From: a virus
Length of the DNA: 64,000 nucleotides
Strand: one strand, 5' to 3'
IMG/VR virus record: IMGVR_UViG_3300045988_180880
Span: 64,001-128,000 of that record
Both the position numbers and the translations under genes were made by a program. Each line of letters starts with the position of its first letter. The first letter of the stretch is position 1. Below are positions 47,741-57,273 of the stretch, in pieces. Under the pieces are notes generated by a model. The model had not been told where the DNA came from. It saw only the letters and a list, made by a program, of their open reading frames with translations, and ran no database searches.

Positions 47741-47788
47741 TCATCATTAATAAGGCTTTTAGATTTTCCTTGAGATTCTTATATATGA
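47741..47788. promoter_or_regulatory. Divergent promoter-like motifs
   Basis: The - strand has CCTTATTAATGATGA (47741-47755). The + strand has CTTATATATGA (47778-47788). Confidence 0.45.
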
Positions 47789-47835
47789 TATAAAAATAAT
47801 AATAAAATAAAATAAATTTAAAACAAGAAAAAATT

Positions 47836-48882
47836 ATGGATCCTTTATTTGGAATGATTTTTTATTTTAGTATAGCTATAACAATTAGCTTTATTTGTAG
47901 TGTTCTTGAAGCAACATTATTAAGCACACCGACTTCATTTATTCAGTCTAAAATCGATTCTGGTTCTAAGGCAGCAATAAAATTTATGAAGCTGAAGAAT
48001 GAAAGGGTAGATGATGCTATTTCTGCTATTCTAACACTAAATACTGCTGCTCATGCAGTAGGTACGAGTTTAGCTAGTATAGAGGCAGTTGAGATTTTTG
48101 GGATGAAAAATTTTGCAATTATTTCTGGAATAATGACTTTTTTGATATTAGTACTTAGTGAATTAATACCAAAATCACTCGGAGCACATTATTGGAAAAG
48201 AATGACCTCAATTACAGCTAATATATTAACTTGGATGATTTATATAACATATCCTATAGTTTGGATGTCAAGATATATAATGGCTATATTCTCACCAAAA
48301 ACAGAAGAAGCTACTATATCTCGAGAAGAAATATCTAGTATGGCAACAATCGGAGAGCGAGAGAAGATATTTACAGGAAGAGAAAGTAAAATAATTAAAA
48401 ATCTACTTGCTCTTGATAAATTAACTGTTGGAAATATAATGACTCCTAGAACTGTTGTAAAATCTTTTGATGCTAATACTTTTCTTAAGGATTTTCCAGA
48501 TGAATTTGAATTTTCTAGAATACCAATATGGGAAGATACTGAAGATAATATAGTCGGAATAGCATATAAGTCAGATATATATCAAAATTATGATGTTTAT
48601 CAACCAGGATTAACAATAAAACATACAGATTATGATTCTGATATTATATTTATTCCAGATTCATCTAGTGTTAATGTATTGTTCGAAAAATTTCTTAAAA
48701 CTAAACAACACTTAGCAATAGTAGTAGATGAGTATGGAACATTTGTTGGAGTAGCTAGTTTCGAAGATGTTATAGAAAATTTACTCGGAATAGAAATAGT
48801 AGATGAGACTGATACTGTAGAAGATTTACAAAAATTAGCAAAAGAAAAATGGGAAGAACGAAAAAGATCTATGAATGGTTAA
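47836..48882 (+). CDS. CNNM/CorC-type membrane protein (DUF21 plus CBS pair)
   Basis: N-terminal TM helices, LIPKSLG, GNIMTPRT, FSRIPIW, HLAIVVDEYGTFVGVASFEDVIENLLG.EIVDE. Confidence 0.7.
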   Translation: MDPLFGMIFYFSIAITISFICSVLEATLLSTPTSFIQSKIDSGSKAAIKFMKLKNERVDDAISAILTLNTAAHAVGTSLASIEAVEIFGMKNFAIISGIMTFLILVLSELIPKSLGAHYWKRMTSITANILTWMIYITYPIVWMSRYIMAIFSPKTEEATISREEISSMATIGEREKIFTGRESKIIKNLLALDKLTVGNIMTPRTVVKSFDANTFLKDFPDEFEFSRIPIWEDTEDNIVGIAYKSDIYQNYDVYQPGLTIKHTDYDSDIIFIPDSSSVNVLFEKFLKTKQHLAIVVDEYGTFVGVASFEDVIENLLGIEIVDETDTVEDLQKLAKEKWEERKRSMNG

Positions 48883-49403
48883 AGGATATATTATGGATAA
48901 TAAATCGCCAGAAAGATAAGGATTATATTAAAATCAATGAAAAGATTAATATCATCAAGAAAAATATATCAACTGGAGAGATTGATTTTTATCCACAAAT
49001 AACCTATAGGATTGGTACTAAAGTTAAAGTATATATTCCTATAAATGATGCTTGGATGTTTGATTGTGCTGAATTTATTGGGACAGTACTTGGATCTTAT
49101 ATTTCTAGTAAGAAAGAAGCAATGTCTGATAACGATATAACGTACTTAATTTATGCAGAGTATTATGAAGTTGCTGGACGTCGTAAATACTTGAATAAAG
49201 TTTTTCAGATTAGTTCTCAAGATTGTACAATTTGTGGAATCAATGAAGAAAAGAAGAAAAAAGGAATATATACAATAAAAGATATGTATAATGATATAAA
49301 AACATTTTGTAATAATAGTTGCATTTTATCTGATGAATGTAGCGAAGATTGTCCATTCTACCATTATGAAGCAAATAAAACTAGGAAGAAACATTTATCC
49401 TGA
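48849..49403 (+). CDS. Hypothetical Cys-rich protein
   Basis: ORF with a C-terminal cysteine cluster. Confidence 0.45.
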   Translation: MGRTKKIYEWLKDILWIINRQKDKDYIKINEKINIIKKNISTGEIDFYPQITYRIGTKVKVYIPINDAWMFDCAEFIGTVLGSYISSKKEAMSDNDITYLIYAEYYEVAGRRKYLNKVFQISSQDCTICGINEEKKKKGIYTIKDMYNDIKTFCNNSCILSDECSEDCPFYHYEANKTRKKHLS

Positions 49404-49650
49404 TATTGAGTTATCTGAAGTTGATAAGTTCTTATTTCAGTATGGAATAAAAATGGGATTCTTATTTGATGATGGAGTAGAATTCTTTATTCCAGATCAT
49501 ATAATGACCAAAAATTATCCAGGGGACTTATCATTTTATCGGGAAGGTTTTAATAATCCAGATCTAATATTTGTAATATCTTTTGGAGAATTATTATTTC
49601 TGGATGGGGTTACAGAAAAAGAATTATTTAAAATACCAATATATGATTAG
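49366..49650 (+). CDS. Hypothetical protein
   Basis: Start trimmed to the internal ATG of track ORF 49333-49650. Confidence 0.4.
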   Translation: MKQIKLGRNIYPDIELSEVDKFLFQYGIKMGFLFDDGVEFFIPDHIMTKNYPGDLSFYREGFNNPDLIFVISFGELLFLDGVTEKELFKIPIYD

Positions 49651-50269
49651 TAAATGGTTTGAAGTTAGTGTTGATTTATTTAATATAATTTTTGATACTT
49701 ACTGGAAAAATAAAAAATCTTGGACATATGATAATATTATAGAAATTCAAAATCCAAGATCTATCCTAAGTGATCAACCATCTGAAAGATTATACTTAGG
49801 ATATAAAATAAATATAGAAGATTACAAAAATGTTTTCACTAATTTTCTTAAGATACATACTATAGAAGCTCTTAAGGAATCAGGTTGTACAGTTCCTAAT
49901 ACTTACATGTCTATATGTATGATAACTAGTTTAGGACCTGATATTATACCTCTTCAACATGTGGATAAGCACTATAAGATTGTACTAGATACATGTTATG
50001 GAGAAGATCCACATCATCAACTTGAGAGTTTTTTACAAAGACCATTAACATCTTGGTATGTAAAAGAGAATGATAAATATATAATTGGAGGAGAGTATCC
50101 AGTAGAAGATAGGTTTATAAGATTTAGGTTAATTGATTATACATCATGGAAAGAAATGATTGAAAAATATCAAAAAGAAGATGTATTATCCTATCTTTAT
50201 CCAGAAGATGATATTCCTAAAAAATTATTAATGTTATCAGATCAGAATCCCTCAAAGCCTTATATGTGA
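49643..50269 (+). CDS. Hypothetical protein
   Basis: Start trimmed to the ATG overlapping the upstream stop (ATGATTAG). Confidence 0.5.
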   Translation: MISKWFEVSVDLFNIIFDTYWKNKKSWTYDNIIEIQNPRSILSDQPSERLYLGYKINIEDYKNVFTNFLKIHTIEALKESGCTVPNTYMSICMITSLGPDIIPLQHVDKHYKIVLDTCYGEDPHHQLESFLQRPLTSWYVKENDKYIIGGEYPVEDRFIRFRLIDYTSWKEMIEKYQKEDVLSYLYPEDDIPKKLLMLSDQNPSKPYM

Positions 50270-50294
50270 AAAGATAATAGATCATAAGTGAAAT

Positions 50295-50330
50295 GTCTAC
50301 TCGAAGAAAAACTCGGGTAGACTTTTTATT
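50295..50330 (+). terminator. Rho-independent terminator
   Basis: GTCTACTCG..CGGGTAGAC followed by TTTTTATT. Confidence 0.65.
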
Positions 50331-50345
50331 TAAAAAAATAAGAAT

Positions 50346-50828
50346 ATGGAAAAAATTATTAGAAAAATTAAATTACAATTAAAGGCAACAATAACTAGGT
50401 TTATTTGTTGGTTAAGTTATGGAATGGGGTGTTATAGAAGTGTATCAAATACCCTAGAGATTTATAGAAGTTATACATTCGACAACTTAAAAAAAGAATT
50501 AAATATATTACTGGAGATATATAGCCTTACCGAACTTGATTGTGAATATCTTAAGAAAATAGTATCTGTTAGGGCGTCTTCTGGAATTCTTAGATTATTG
50601 GAAATGCATGAAAATAAGAAAATGCAAATAACCTATAATCATCTAGAATTAAAGAAGATGATTGAAGACACTTTGGGTATAAAAATTGAAGAGATGGATT
50701 GGGGTGAATATAGATATCAACAGAAACTAAGACCATTGTTTTTATGGAATATAGGAAATGGTGAGAACGAAATAAAAAGAAAGCTTGAATTGTATAACAT
50801 AGTATTATTAGTAATGGAGGAAGACTAA
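50346..50828 (+). CDS. Hypothetical protein
   Basis: ORF. Confidence 0.5.
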   Translation: MEKIIRKIKLQLKATITRFICWLSYGMGCYRSVSNTLEIYRSYTFDNLKKELNILLEIYSLTELDCEYLKKIVSVRASSGILRLLEMHENKKMQITYNHLELKKMIEDTLGIKIEEMDWGEYRYQQKLRPLFLWNIGNGENEIKRKLELYNIVLLVMEED

Positions 50829-50887
50829 GGTTTTCCTCTTCATTTTTCTCCTTGAAATTCTTATATATGAAATTTAAATTAAAAAAT

Positions 50888-51142
50888 ATGAAAAAGAAAT
50901 TATTAACATTATTAGCGTTAACAACATTATTGTTAGTAAGTTGTGAATCCGTTGAAAAGGTCGAAGATGTTAGTTCTTCAACAACAGTAACAATTAATCT
51001 TCCTAAAGGCGAAAAGTTTATAGATCTTAAACCAAATAACAACTCTTTAATAACTTCTGATACTTTAGGAAATATTAATGTATATTTATATTCCCCTACC
51101 AATAAAAATTTAATATTAATTTATAAAATAAAACAACAATGA
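50888..51142 (+). CDS. Putative lipoprotein
   Basis: MKKKLLTLLALTTLLLVSC signal peptide with a lipobox. Start trimmed from track ORF 50852. Confidence 0.6.
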   Translation: MKKKLLTLLALTTLLLVSCESVEKVEDVSSSTTVTINLPKGEKFIDLKPNNNSLITSDTLGNINVYLYSPTNKNLILIYKIKQQ

Positions 51143-51426
51143 AAAAGAGAACATTAATCTTCTGGGGAATTATAATTGTAGCTATAGCATATATAACGTT
51201 TGTATTTATTTTCCCAGAAAACAAAAGAACTATATTATTTGGAGGAACTATGGAAATTAAAGTAGAACCTGGCCAAAAAGTAATGATAGCTACGTTTAAA
51301 GGAAATAATTTATTTTATATGACTGAACCTATGGACTCTGGATATATACCTAAAACTAAAATCCTCCATGAAAAATCCGGCCGTGGTATAATCGAGTCTA
51401 AAGTTAAATTTGTAGAAAGAAGATGA
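51139..51426 (+). CDS. Hypothetical single-pass membrane protein
   Basis: N-terminal TM segment LIFWGIIIVAIAYITFVFIF. Confidence 0.5.
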   Translation: MKKRTLIFWGIIIVAIAYITFVFIFPENKRTILFGGTMEIKVEPGQKVMIATFKGNNLFYMTEPMDSGYIPKTKILHEKSGRGIIESKVKFVERR

Positions 51427-51827
51427 TGACGAGGTATAATAGTAGAAATCGAGTATTTAGTATAACTCTCTCCCAAGAAATAATGGAAAATTACTTAGAG
51501 AAACGTGGATATCAAATTTCTACGTTATCACAAATAGCTAAGGATTTTGGATATTCGGCCGGAAAACTTATGGAGGAGTTAAACCTATTTTCTAGTACGT
51601 TTGATTATAAAGTAGCATACCTCCAAGAAGAAAAAGAAAAAGTATATCAGAAGTTTATAAAAATTATAGAAGAACGAAGAGACAAAGAAGATACTAAATA
51701 TTCTTCTGGAGGAAAATGGTTTTGGTATAATTGTGCAGAACTTGATCTCCTTAGTTATATAGTAGACCTCAAAGCAAGAGCAATTATGAAGTCTGAATTT
51801 ATAGAACGTATTATAAATCATGATTGA
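51423..51827 (+). CDS. Hypothetical protein
   Basis: ORF. Confidence 0.45.
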   Translation: MMTRYNSRNRVFSITLSQEIMENYLEKRGYQISTLSQIAKDFGYSAGKLMEELNLFSSTFDYKVAYLQEEKEKVYQKFIKIIEERRDKEDTKYSSGGKWFWYNCAELDLLSYIVDLKARAIMKSEFIERIINHD

Positions 51828-51889
51828 AATTATAGAATTACTAACAAAACTAGAGTGTGAAATTGATTTATTAATTAAATTATTAGGAT

Positions 51890-52816
51890 ATGAACAGAAA
51901 TAAAAAAGCGTTAGTTATCTTTCATAGGGTAGATTTTGATGGAACATCCAGTATGTGTATAGCAGTAAAATCACTATACGATGAAGGGTACCAAGTAGAT
52001 AAAACCGGATATAATTATGGAGATGAAATTCCAGAAATGTATGTAGATAAGAATGGAAGACCCTATGACCTGATCTGTATGGTTGATATAAGTTTCCCTC
52101 CTGAAATTATGTTACAGGTTTGGGAACACTATGGAGATAACTTTATATTCATAGATCATCATGTATCATCCATCGAAAGTTCTATACAAAATAACTACAC
52201 CGGAATTAAAGGTATTCGTGAGATTGGACCAGCTGCTTGTGAATTAACTTGGAGATTTTTCTGTCCAGGTCAAGATATTCCAGAATTTATTCGACTTCTT
52301 GGAGTATATGATACTTGGAGAAAAGATGAAGTTGGAGAGGATGATTGGCAAGATGTAATACTTCCTTTACAGAGTGGTTTGAAATTTAAATATGGCTTAA
52401 ATCCTGATACGTGGCTCTATGAATTTCCTAATCTATGTTTCTGGGAAGATAGATTGACAGAAGTAATAGAACTTGGAACTATTCTTAAACAAAATCAGGA
52501 TAAAATTAATAAAGGAGTAGTTAAATCATTCTCATTTCCCGTTACTGTTGCTGGAAAATATAGAGGAGTTTGTGTAATAGGAACTGCATTTTCAAGTACA
52601 GTCTTTAATTCTGTCTTAAATGATTATGATATTTATATAGTATGTAATCGAAGAGATAAAGGAGTATATAGTATATCAATGTATAAAGAACCTGATCGAA
52701 TTCCAGAATTTAGTTGTGCTGGATATAGAGGCATTATTTTTGGACATAAAAGTGCTGGAGGTGGTACTTTAAACTTTGAACAATTCAAGACTTTAATAGA
52801 GGATTGTGAAATTTAA
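51890..52816 (+). CDS. DHH/DHHA1 family phosphoesterase (NrnA-like)
   Basis: HRVDFDG, MVD, FIDHH (DHH), and C-terminal GHKSAGGG (GGGH-type DHHA1 motif). Confidence 0.7.
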   Translation: MNRNKKALVIFHRVDFDGTSSMCIAVKSLYDEGYQVDKTGYNYGDEIPEMYVDKNGRPYDLICMVDISFPPEIMLQVWEHYGDNFIFIDHHVSSIESSIQNNYTGIKGIREIGPAACELTWRFFCPGQDIPEFIRLLGVYDTWRKDEVGEDDWQDVILPLQSGLKFKYGLNPDTWLYEFPNLCFWEDRLTEVIELGTILKQNQDKINKGVVKSFSFPVTVAGKYRGVCVIGTAFSSTVFNSVLNDYDIYIVCNRRDKGVYSISMYKEPDRIPEFSCAGYRGIIFGHKSAGGGTLNFEQFKTLIEDCEI

Positions 52817-52824
52817 AACTTATA

Positions 52825-52860
52825 AGAACCAAGGATTTTATTTCCTTGGTTTCTTTTTTC
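52825..52860 (+). terminator. Rho-independent terminator
   Basis: AAGAACCAAGGA..TCCTTGGTTTCTT followed by TTTTC. Confidence 0.7.
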
Positions 52861-52862
52861 TT

Positions 52863-53232
52863 GATACATTTTTATGAGGACTAAGGAACCCTTTATCATA
52901 CCTTCCGTTCACCACTAAAGGGTTCACTCCAGGGCCCTACGGGCTCTAGATTGAATAAACTATATAGGGAATAAATAGATTATAAGAATTCGATCTCCTC
53001 CCAAAGGGAGATCGAATATATTAAGTGGAACTTTTTTAATCGAAAATAGATTTACTTTATATATGGTCAAATATGTCCTATTTAAATGACAATTTTGCGC
53101 TTCTACTAACTTTAAATCCTTACAATTGAATGAAGATTATAAAGGGTATCCCTAGTCTTCGATTTTATGTAACTGGATTCTGTATTAAAAAGAATCTATA
53201 AATAATAAATTAATTAAAAACTTTATAAAATT
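52863..53232 (+). promoter_or_regulatory. Conserved structured leader, copy 2
   Basis: Same block order as 1-354. Hairpins GAACCCTTT..AAAGGGTTC and TTCGATCTCC..GGAGATCGAA. Identical TTTTATGTAACTGGATTCTGTATT. Confidence 0.5.
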
Positions 53233-55260
53233 ATGACTAAAGATAAAATTATTGTACCTAGAGGAATTAGGTATATAGGAGAGTGGAAAGATTTCTGCTT
53301 TTCTAATTTTCTAAGTAAATGTATTATTAATAAACAATTACCTGGATGTGGTTTTACTGAATACTGTATTAATGGTCCTGAGAATGTAATACTTTGTTCT
53401 CCTAGAAAAATGCTTTTAAAGAATAAATATGATCAACATAAAAATGATATTTATTTAGTAATTAATGAGATGGATAAAGATCCAGATGTGGATAAGGATA
53501 TTAGTAAGGATATTAAAAATCCTAATTTAGATGAAGATTATCAAGAAAAGAAAGATAATTCTGAGATCTATGAAAGATTATATAGAGAAATTGATACTTA
53601 TACCTATCAAAGATATCTAAATAATCAACCAGCTAAGATTCTAGTAACATATGATTCATATAGAATCGTTAAAGATATTCTTGAAAAAATTAGAATATTT
53701 GATAGGTTTATGACTATAGTAGATGAGTTTCAGAGTATTTTACACGATTCTAGATTTAAAAGCAATACTGAAATGGGATTTTTGGAATATCTTAAACAAT
53801 CCCCAACAGCATACTTTGTATCAGCTACTCCTATGATGGATGAATATCTAGAAATGTTAGATGAATTTAAGGATCTCCCATATTATGAATTAGATTGGTA
53901 TAGTTCAGATTCTAGTAGAGTAATCAAACCTTCATTAAAAGTACTTACAATGAAATCAGTAGGTACAAAAGCAGAAGAAGTAATTCAATCCTATCTATCA
54001 GGAGATTTTGAAGAAGTTGTTGTTCTTAGAGATAGTGTACCTACTAGAGTAATATCAGACGAAGCAGTATTTTATGTAAACAGTGTTAATCATATTATAT
54101 CTATCATCAAGAAAAATGAATTAACTCCAGAACAATGTAATATATTATGTAGCAATACTCCAGAAAATCTAAAGAGAATACAAAAGAAATTAGGAAAAGG
54201 TTTTACTATAGGAGAAGTACCTCTTAAAGGAGTTAAACCTAGGATGTTTACCTTTTGTACTAGAACGGTTTACTTAGGAGCAGATTTTTATAGTTTATGT
54301 GCACGTAGTTTTATATTCTCAGATTCTAATTCAGACTGTTTAGCAGTTGATATTGCAGAAGATCTTCCACAGATACTAGGTAGACAAAGGTTGTTTAGTA
54401 ATCCTTGGAACAATTCAGCAACTTTTTATTATCGTACTACAGCAGATTATAGAGAAATGAAAGAGTCTGATTTTCAGAAAATTTTAAATAAGAAAACAGA
54501 AACTACAGAAAACTTATTATCAGTATATAATAAAGGAACTGATGAAGAAAGATATGATTTAGCGAAAAATTATTTATATGTAGCTAAGTCAGCAAGTTAT
54601 AAAGATAATTATGTAGCAGTAAATAAAATAATTACCAGTACAGGTAATATTATTTTAAAACCTGTTATTAATCAGCTTGTAAAAGTTAATGAGATTCGAG
54701 CATTTAAAATTCAGCAAATTGATTATAAAGATAGATTTAGTGTATTTAGTAGTGTACACTCTAAACTTACTCCTGATGATATAGTAAATAGGGATGTAAC
54801 TAGATTTTTCTGTATTTATGATACTTATACTACAATTCATGATAAACTTAAAATGTTATGTGAATATCCTGTTTCTAGAGAAGTGATAGATATAGTTCTT
54901 GGACAAATAGCAGATTCTGATGAAGTTAAGTCTTATTATCTGTCATTAGGTCCTACTAAACTTAAAGCGTTATCATACAATTCTCATAAAATAAAGAAAG
55001 AGCTTGGAATAGTAACATTTAGTCCAGAATTACTTAATAATACAATTCATCAAAACTTTAATCCAGGAGAGAAATATACACTATCTAATCTTAAAGCAAA
55101 ACTAGGAGATTTATATTCTAGTATTTCTTATACTGCAGTGCCAAAAGCTAATGATATTTTAAATTACTTTGAGGTAAAAGAATATAAATCTACTGAGGTT
55201 GTAGATGGGGAAAAGAAAAGAGTAAGAGGATATGAACTATTAAAAAGAAAGGATAATTAA
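53233..55260 (+). CDS. SF2 helicase-like protein, paralog 2
   Basis: Same motifs as 355-2397: PGCGFTE, DEFQ, SATP, QILGRQR. Confidence 0.6.
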   Translation: MTKDKIIVPRGIRYIGEWKDFCFSNFLSKCIINKQLPGCGFTEYCINGPENVILCSPRKMLLKNKYDQHKNDIYLVINEMDKDPDVDKDISKDIKNPNLDEDYQEKKDNSEIYERLYREIDTYTYQRYLNNQPAKILVTYDSYRIVKDILEKIRIFDRFMTIVDEFQSILHDSRFKSNTEMGFLEYLKQSPTAYFVSATPMMDEYLEMLDEFKDLPYYELDWYSSDSSRVIKPSLKVLTMKSVGTKAEEVIQSYLSGDFEEVVVLRDSVPTRVISDEAVFYVNSVNHIISIIKKNELTPEQCNILCSNTPENLKRIQKKLGKGFTIGEVPLKGVKPRMFTFCTRTVYLGADFYSLCARSFIFSDSNSDCLAVDIAEDLPQILGRQRLFSNPWNNSATFYYRTTADYREMKESDFQKILNKKTETTENLLSVYNKGTDEERYDLAKNYLYVAKSASYKDNYVAVNKIITSTGNIILKPVINQLVKVNEIRAFKIQQIDYKDRFSVFSSVHSKLTPDDIVNRDVTRFFCIYDTYTTIHDKLKMLCEYPVSREVIDIVLGQIADSDEVKSYYLSLGPTKLKALSYNSHKIKKELGIVTFSPELLNNTIHQNFNPGEKYTLSNLKAKLGDLYSSISYTAVPKANDILNYFEVKEYKSTEVVDGEKKRVRGYELLKRKDN

Positions 55261-55262
55261 TT

Positions 55263-56294
55263 ATGATATATTTGATTAAGAGTGCAGGTTATGATGAGAA
55301 TGAAAATTTAATTCATCTTCTCAAAATAGGTTATACAGAGGATAATAATAGAGATAGAAGATTTATGTCTTACAAACTTCATAATCCTACTTGTAAAATT
55401 TTATATGAAATTCCCAGTCTTTCAGAAGATATAGAAAAGAGAATTCAATATAAGTTTAGAGATTATAAGTATAAAGAATATGGAAATGAGTGGTTTTATT
55501 ATAATGATGATGTAATAAATTTCTTTAGGGATATAGATAAAGTAGATTTGGAATCTCTTCCAAAGTCTCCTATGAGTGAAAAGAGGGATTATAAGAGATT
55601 TAGAAAAATGGTTAAAGAATTTGTTCCTTGGATTATTGCTGATATAAAGGATAGAAATGAATATGTAAAGAAGATAATAGATGAATTAGGTAGTAATTTA
55701 AATTCTATTCAGGATATATTAGATTATGTGATAAAGGATTACGGAGAGGATTCTATCTCTAAGTATCTTGAAGTTACTAAGAAAAAAGAGATGAAAGTGT
55801 ATAGTGAAGATTCAAAGATTAATAGTGAAATAATAAAGTTTATTAATACTTATGAAACTCTTACTACTATCTATGATAAACTTAAAATGTTATGTGAATA
55901 TCCAGTCTCTAAGGAAGTTATTCAGATAGTATTAGATCAAATAGCAGATAGTGATGAGATTAAGTCTTATTATTTGCTTTTAGGTCCTGATAGGTTGAAA
56001 AAATTACATTATAATATTACAAATATTAGAAGAGAATTAGGTATTGTAACCTTTAGTCCTGAATTATTAAATAATACTATTCATCAAAATTTTAATCCAG
56101 GTGAGAAGTATACATTAGCTAATTTAAAGGCTAAACTTGGAGATCTATACTCTTCTATTTCTTATACTGCAGTTCCTAAGGCCAATGATATTTTAGAGTA
56201 TTTCGAAGTAAAAGAGGTTCAAAATACTATGTTAGTAGATGGAGTAAAGAAGCGAATTCGTAGTTATGAATTATTAAAAAGAAAGGATAATTAA
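55263..56294 (+). CDS. T5orf172-like domain fused to the C-terminal domain of the helicase-like paralogs
   Basis: N-terminal IYLIKSAG....LLKIGYTED..R. The last ~150 aa are near-identical to the C-terminus of 53233-55260. Confidence 0.6.
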   Translation: MIYLIKSAGYDENENLIHLLKIGYTEDNNRDRRFMSYKLHNPTCKILYEIPSLSEDIEKRIQYKFRDYKYKEYGNEWFYYNDDVINFFRDIDKVDLESLPKSPMSEKRDYKRFRKMVKEFVPWIIADIKDRNEYVKKIIDELGSNLNSIQDILDYVIKDYGEDSISKYLEVTKKKEMKVYSEDSKINSEIIKFINTYETLTTIYDKLKMLCEYPVSKEVIQIVLDQIADSDEIKSYYLLLGPDRLKKLHYNITNIRRELGIVTFSPELLNNTIHQNFNPGEKYTLANLKAKLGDLYSSISYTAVPKANDILEYFEVKEVQNTMLVDGVKKRIRSYELLKRKDN

Positions 56295-56296
56295 TT

Positions 56297-56767
56297 ATGA
56301 AGTTAGGTAAATTAATTTCTAAAGCAATATCTTGTATAGATTCTTATATTAATCCACCAACAGAAAAAGAATTAAAAGATAAGCATAAGACTGAGTTTTA
56401 TGTCTATATATCCCAATTTCCTGGATTTATGGCAATGAATATATTAGATGAAATTGAGGAACTCGAAATGGATATTTTATCAGAGGATTATTATAATATA
56501 AGAGCTGGAAAAACGTGGAAGGTTCTTATATTATATCAAGGAACTTCAGATTGTTTGGGAAATATAAATAAAGTTCTAAAAGAAGATTTGGAATATTTTA
56601 GGAAACGAGTGATAAAATTAAATGAAACGTACTTAAATGGGGAAGTTTCAAGTATGGAAAATTATGATAGAAAAATACTTAGATGGTGTTTTCAATCAGA
56701 AGATCCAGAATTTAGTAGTAAATTTTTTAAATATTTAAATAAGTTGTTAAATGGTAATAAAACGTAA
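56297..56767 (+). CDS. Hypothetical protein
   Basis: ORF. Confidence 0.5.
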   Translation: MKLGKLISKAISCIDSYINPPTEKELKDKHKTEFYVYISQFPGFMAMNILDEIEELEMDILSEDYYNIRAGKTWKVLILYQGTSDCLGNINKVLKEDLEYFRKRVIKLNETYLNGEVSSMENYDRKILRWCFQSEDPEFSSKFFKYLNKLLNGNKT

Positions 56768-57254
56768 ATTATTCTCTAAAGAAGTAGAGAGAAAGAAATC
56801 TGATAAAGGATGGGATGCTGCTTTAGGAGCTGGTATTGGTGCTACAGCTGGAGTTGCTGGTAAAATGAAGCTTGAGAAGATTAATTCAATTAAGAAATTA
56901 AAAAATGCTACTAATGCTAGAATAAATAAAGTTCATGACTATCGAACTGAGAAAGTAGAAACAGAGATGCAAAGGAGAATTAATGCTTCTGTTGATCCTT
57001 TTGAAAAATCTGTAATAGATGAGGTTAGAAGAGGTAAACATGATATAATTAATAATAGCCGTAAAAATATGATAGAAACAGTTGGAAAGAAGAAACGAAA
57101 GCTAAAAATTGCGACAGCTGCTATCCCAATTGCTGGAGCTATTATTGGTGCAGTTTATGGTCGTGATAATAATCTCAAGAAACAAAGAGATAAAATAGAA
57201 GATGCTGCAGGAGATAGAGTTGCAGATATTGTTAGAGGAAAGAAAGAAAAATAA
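56751..57254 (+). CDS. Hypothetical protein with glycine-zipper segments
   Basis: GAGIGATAGVAG and AIPIAGAIIGAVYG. Confidence 0.45.
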   Translation: MVIKRKLFSKEVERKKSDKGWDAALGAGIGATAGVAGKMKLEKINSIKKLKNATNARINKVHDYRTEKVETEMQRRINASVDPFEKSVIDEVRRGKHDIINNSRKNMIETVGKKKRKLKIATAAIPIAGAIIGAVYGRDNNLKKQRDKIEDAAGDRVADIVRGKKEK

Positions 57255-57273
57255 ATATAAAAATTAAATTATT

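Noticed and set aside
50590-51102. - strand ORF 50590-51102 (170 aa).
   Set aside because: It is antisense to two + strand genes, including a clear lipoprotein signal peptide.
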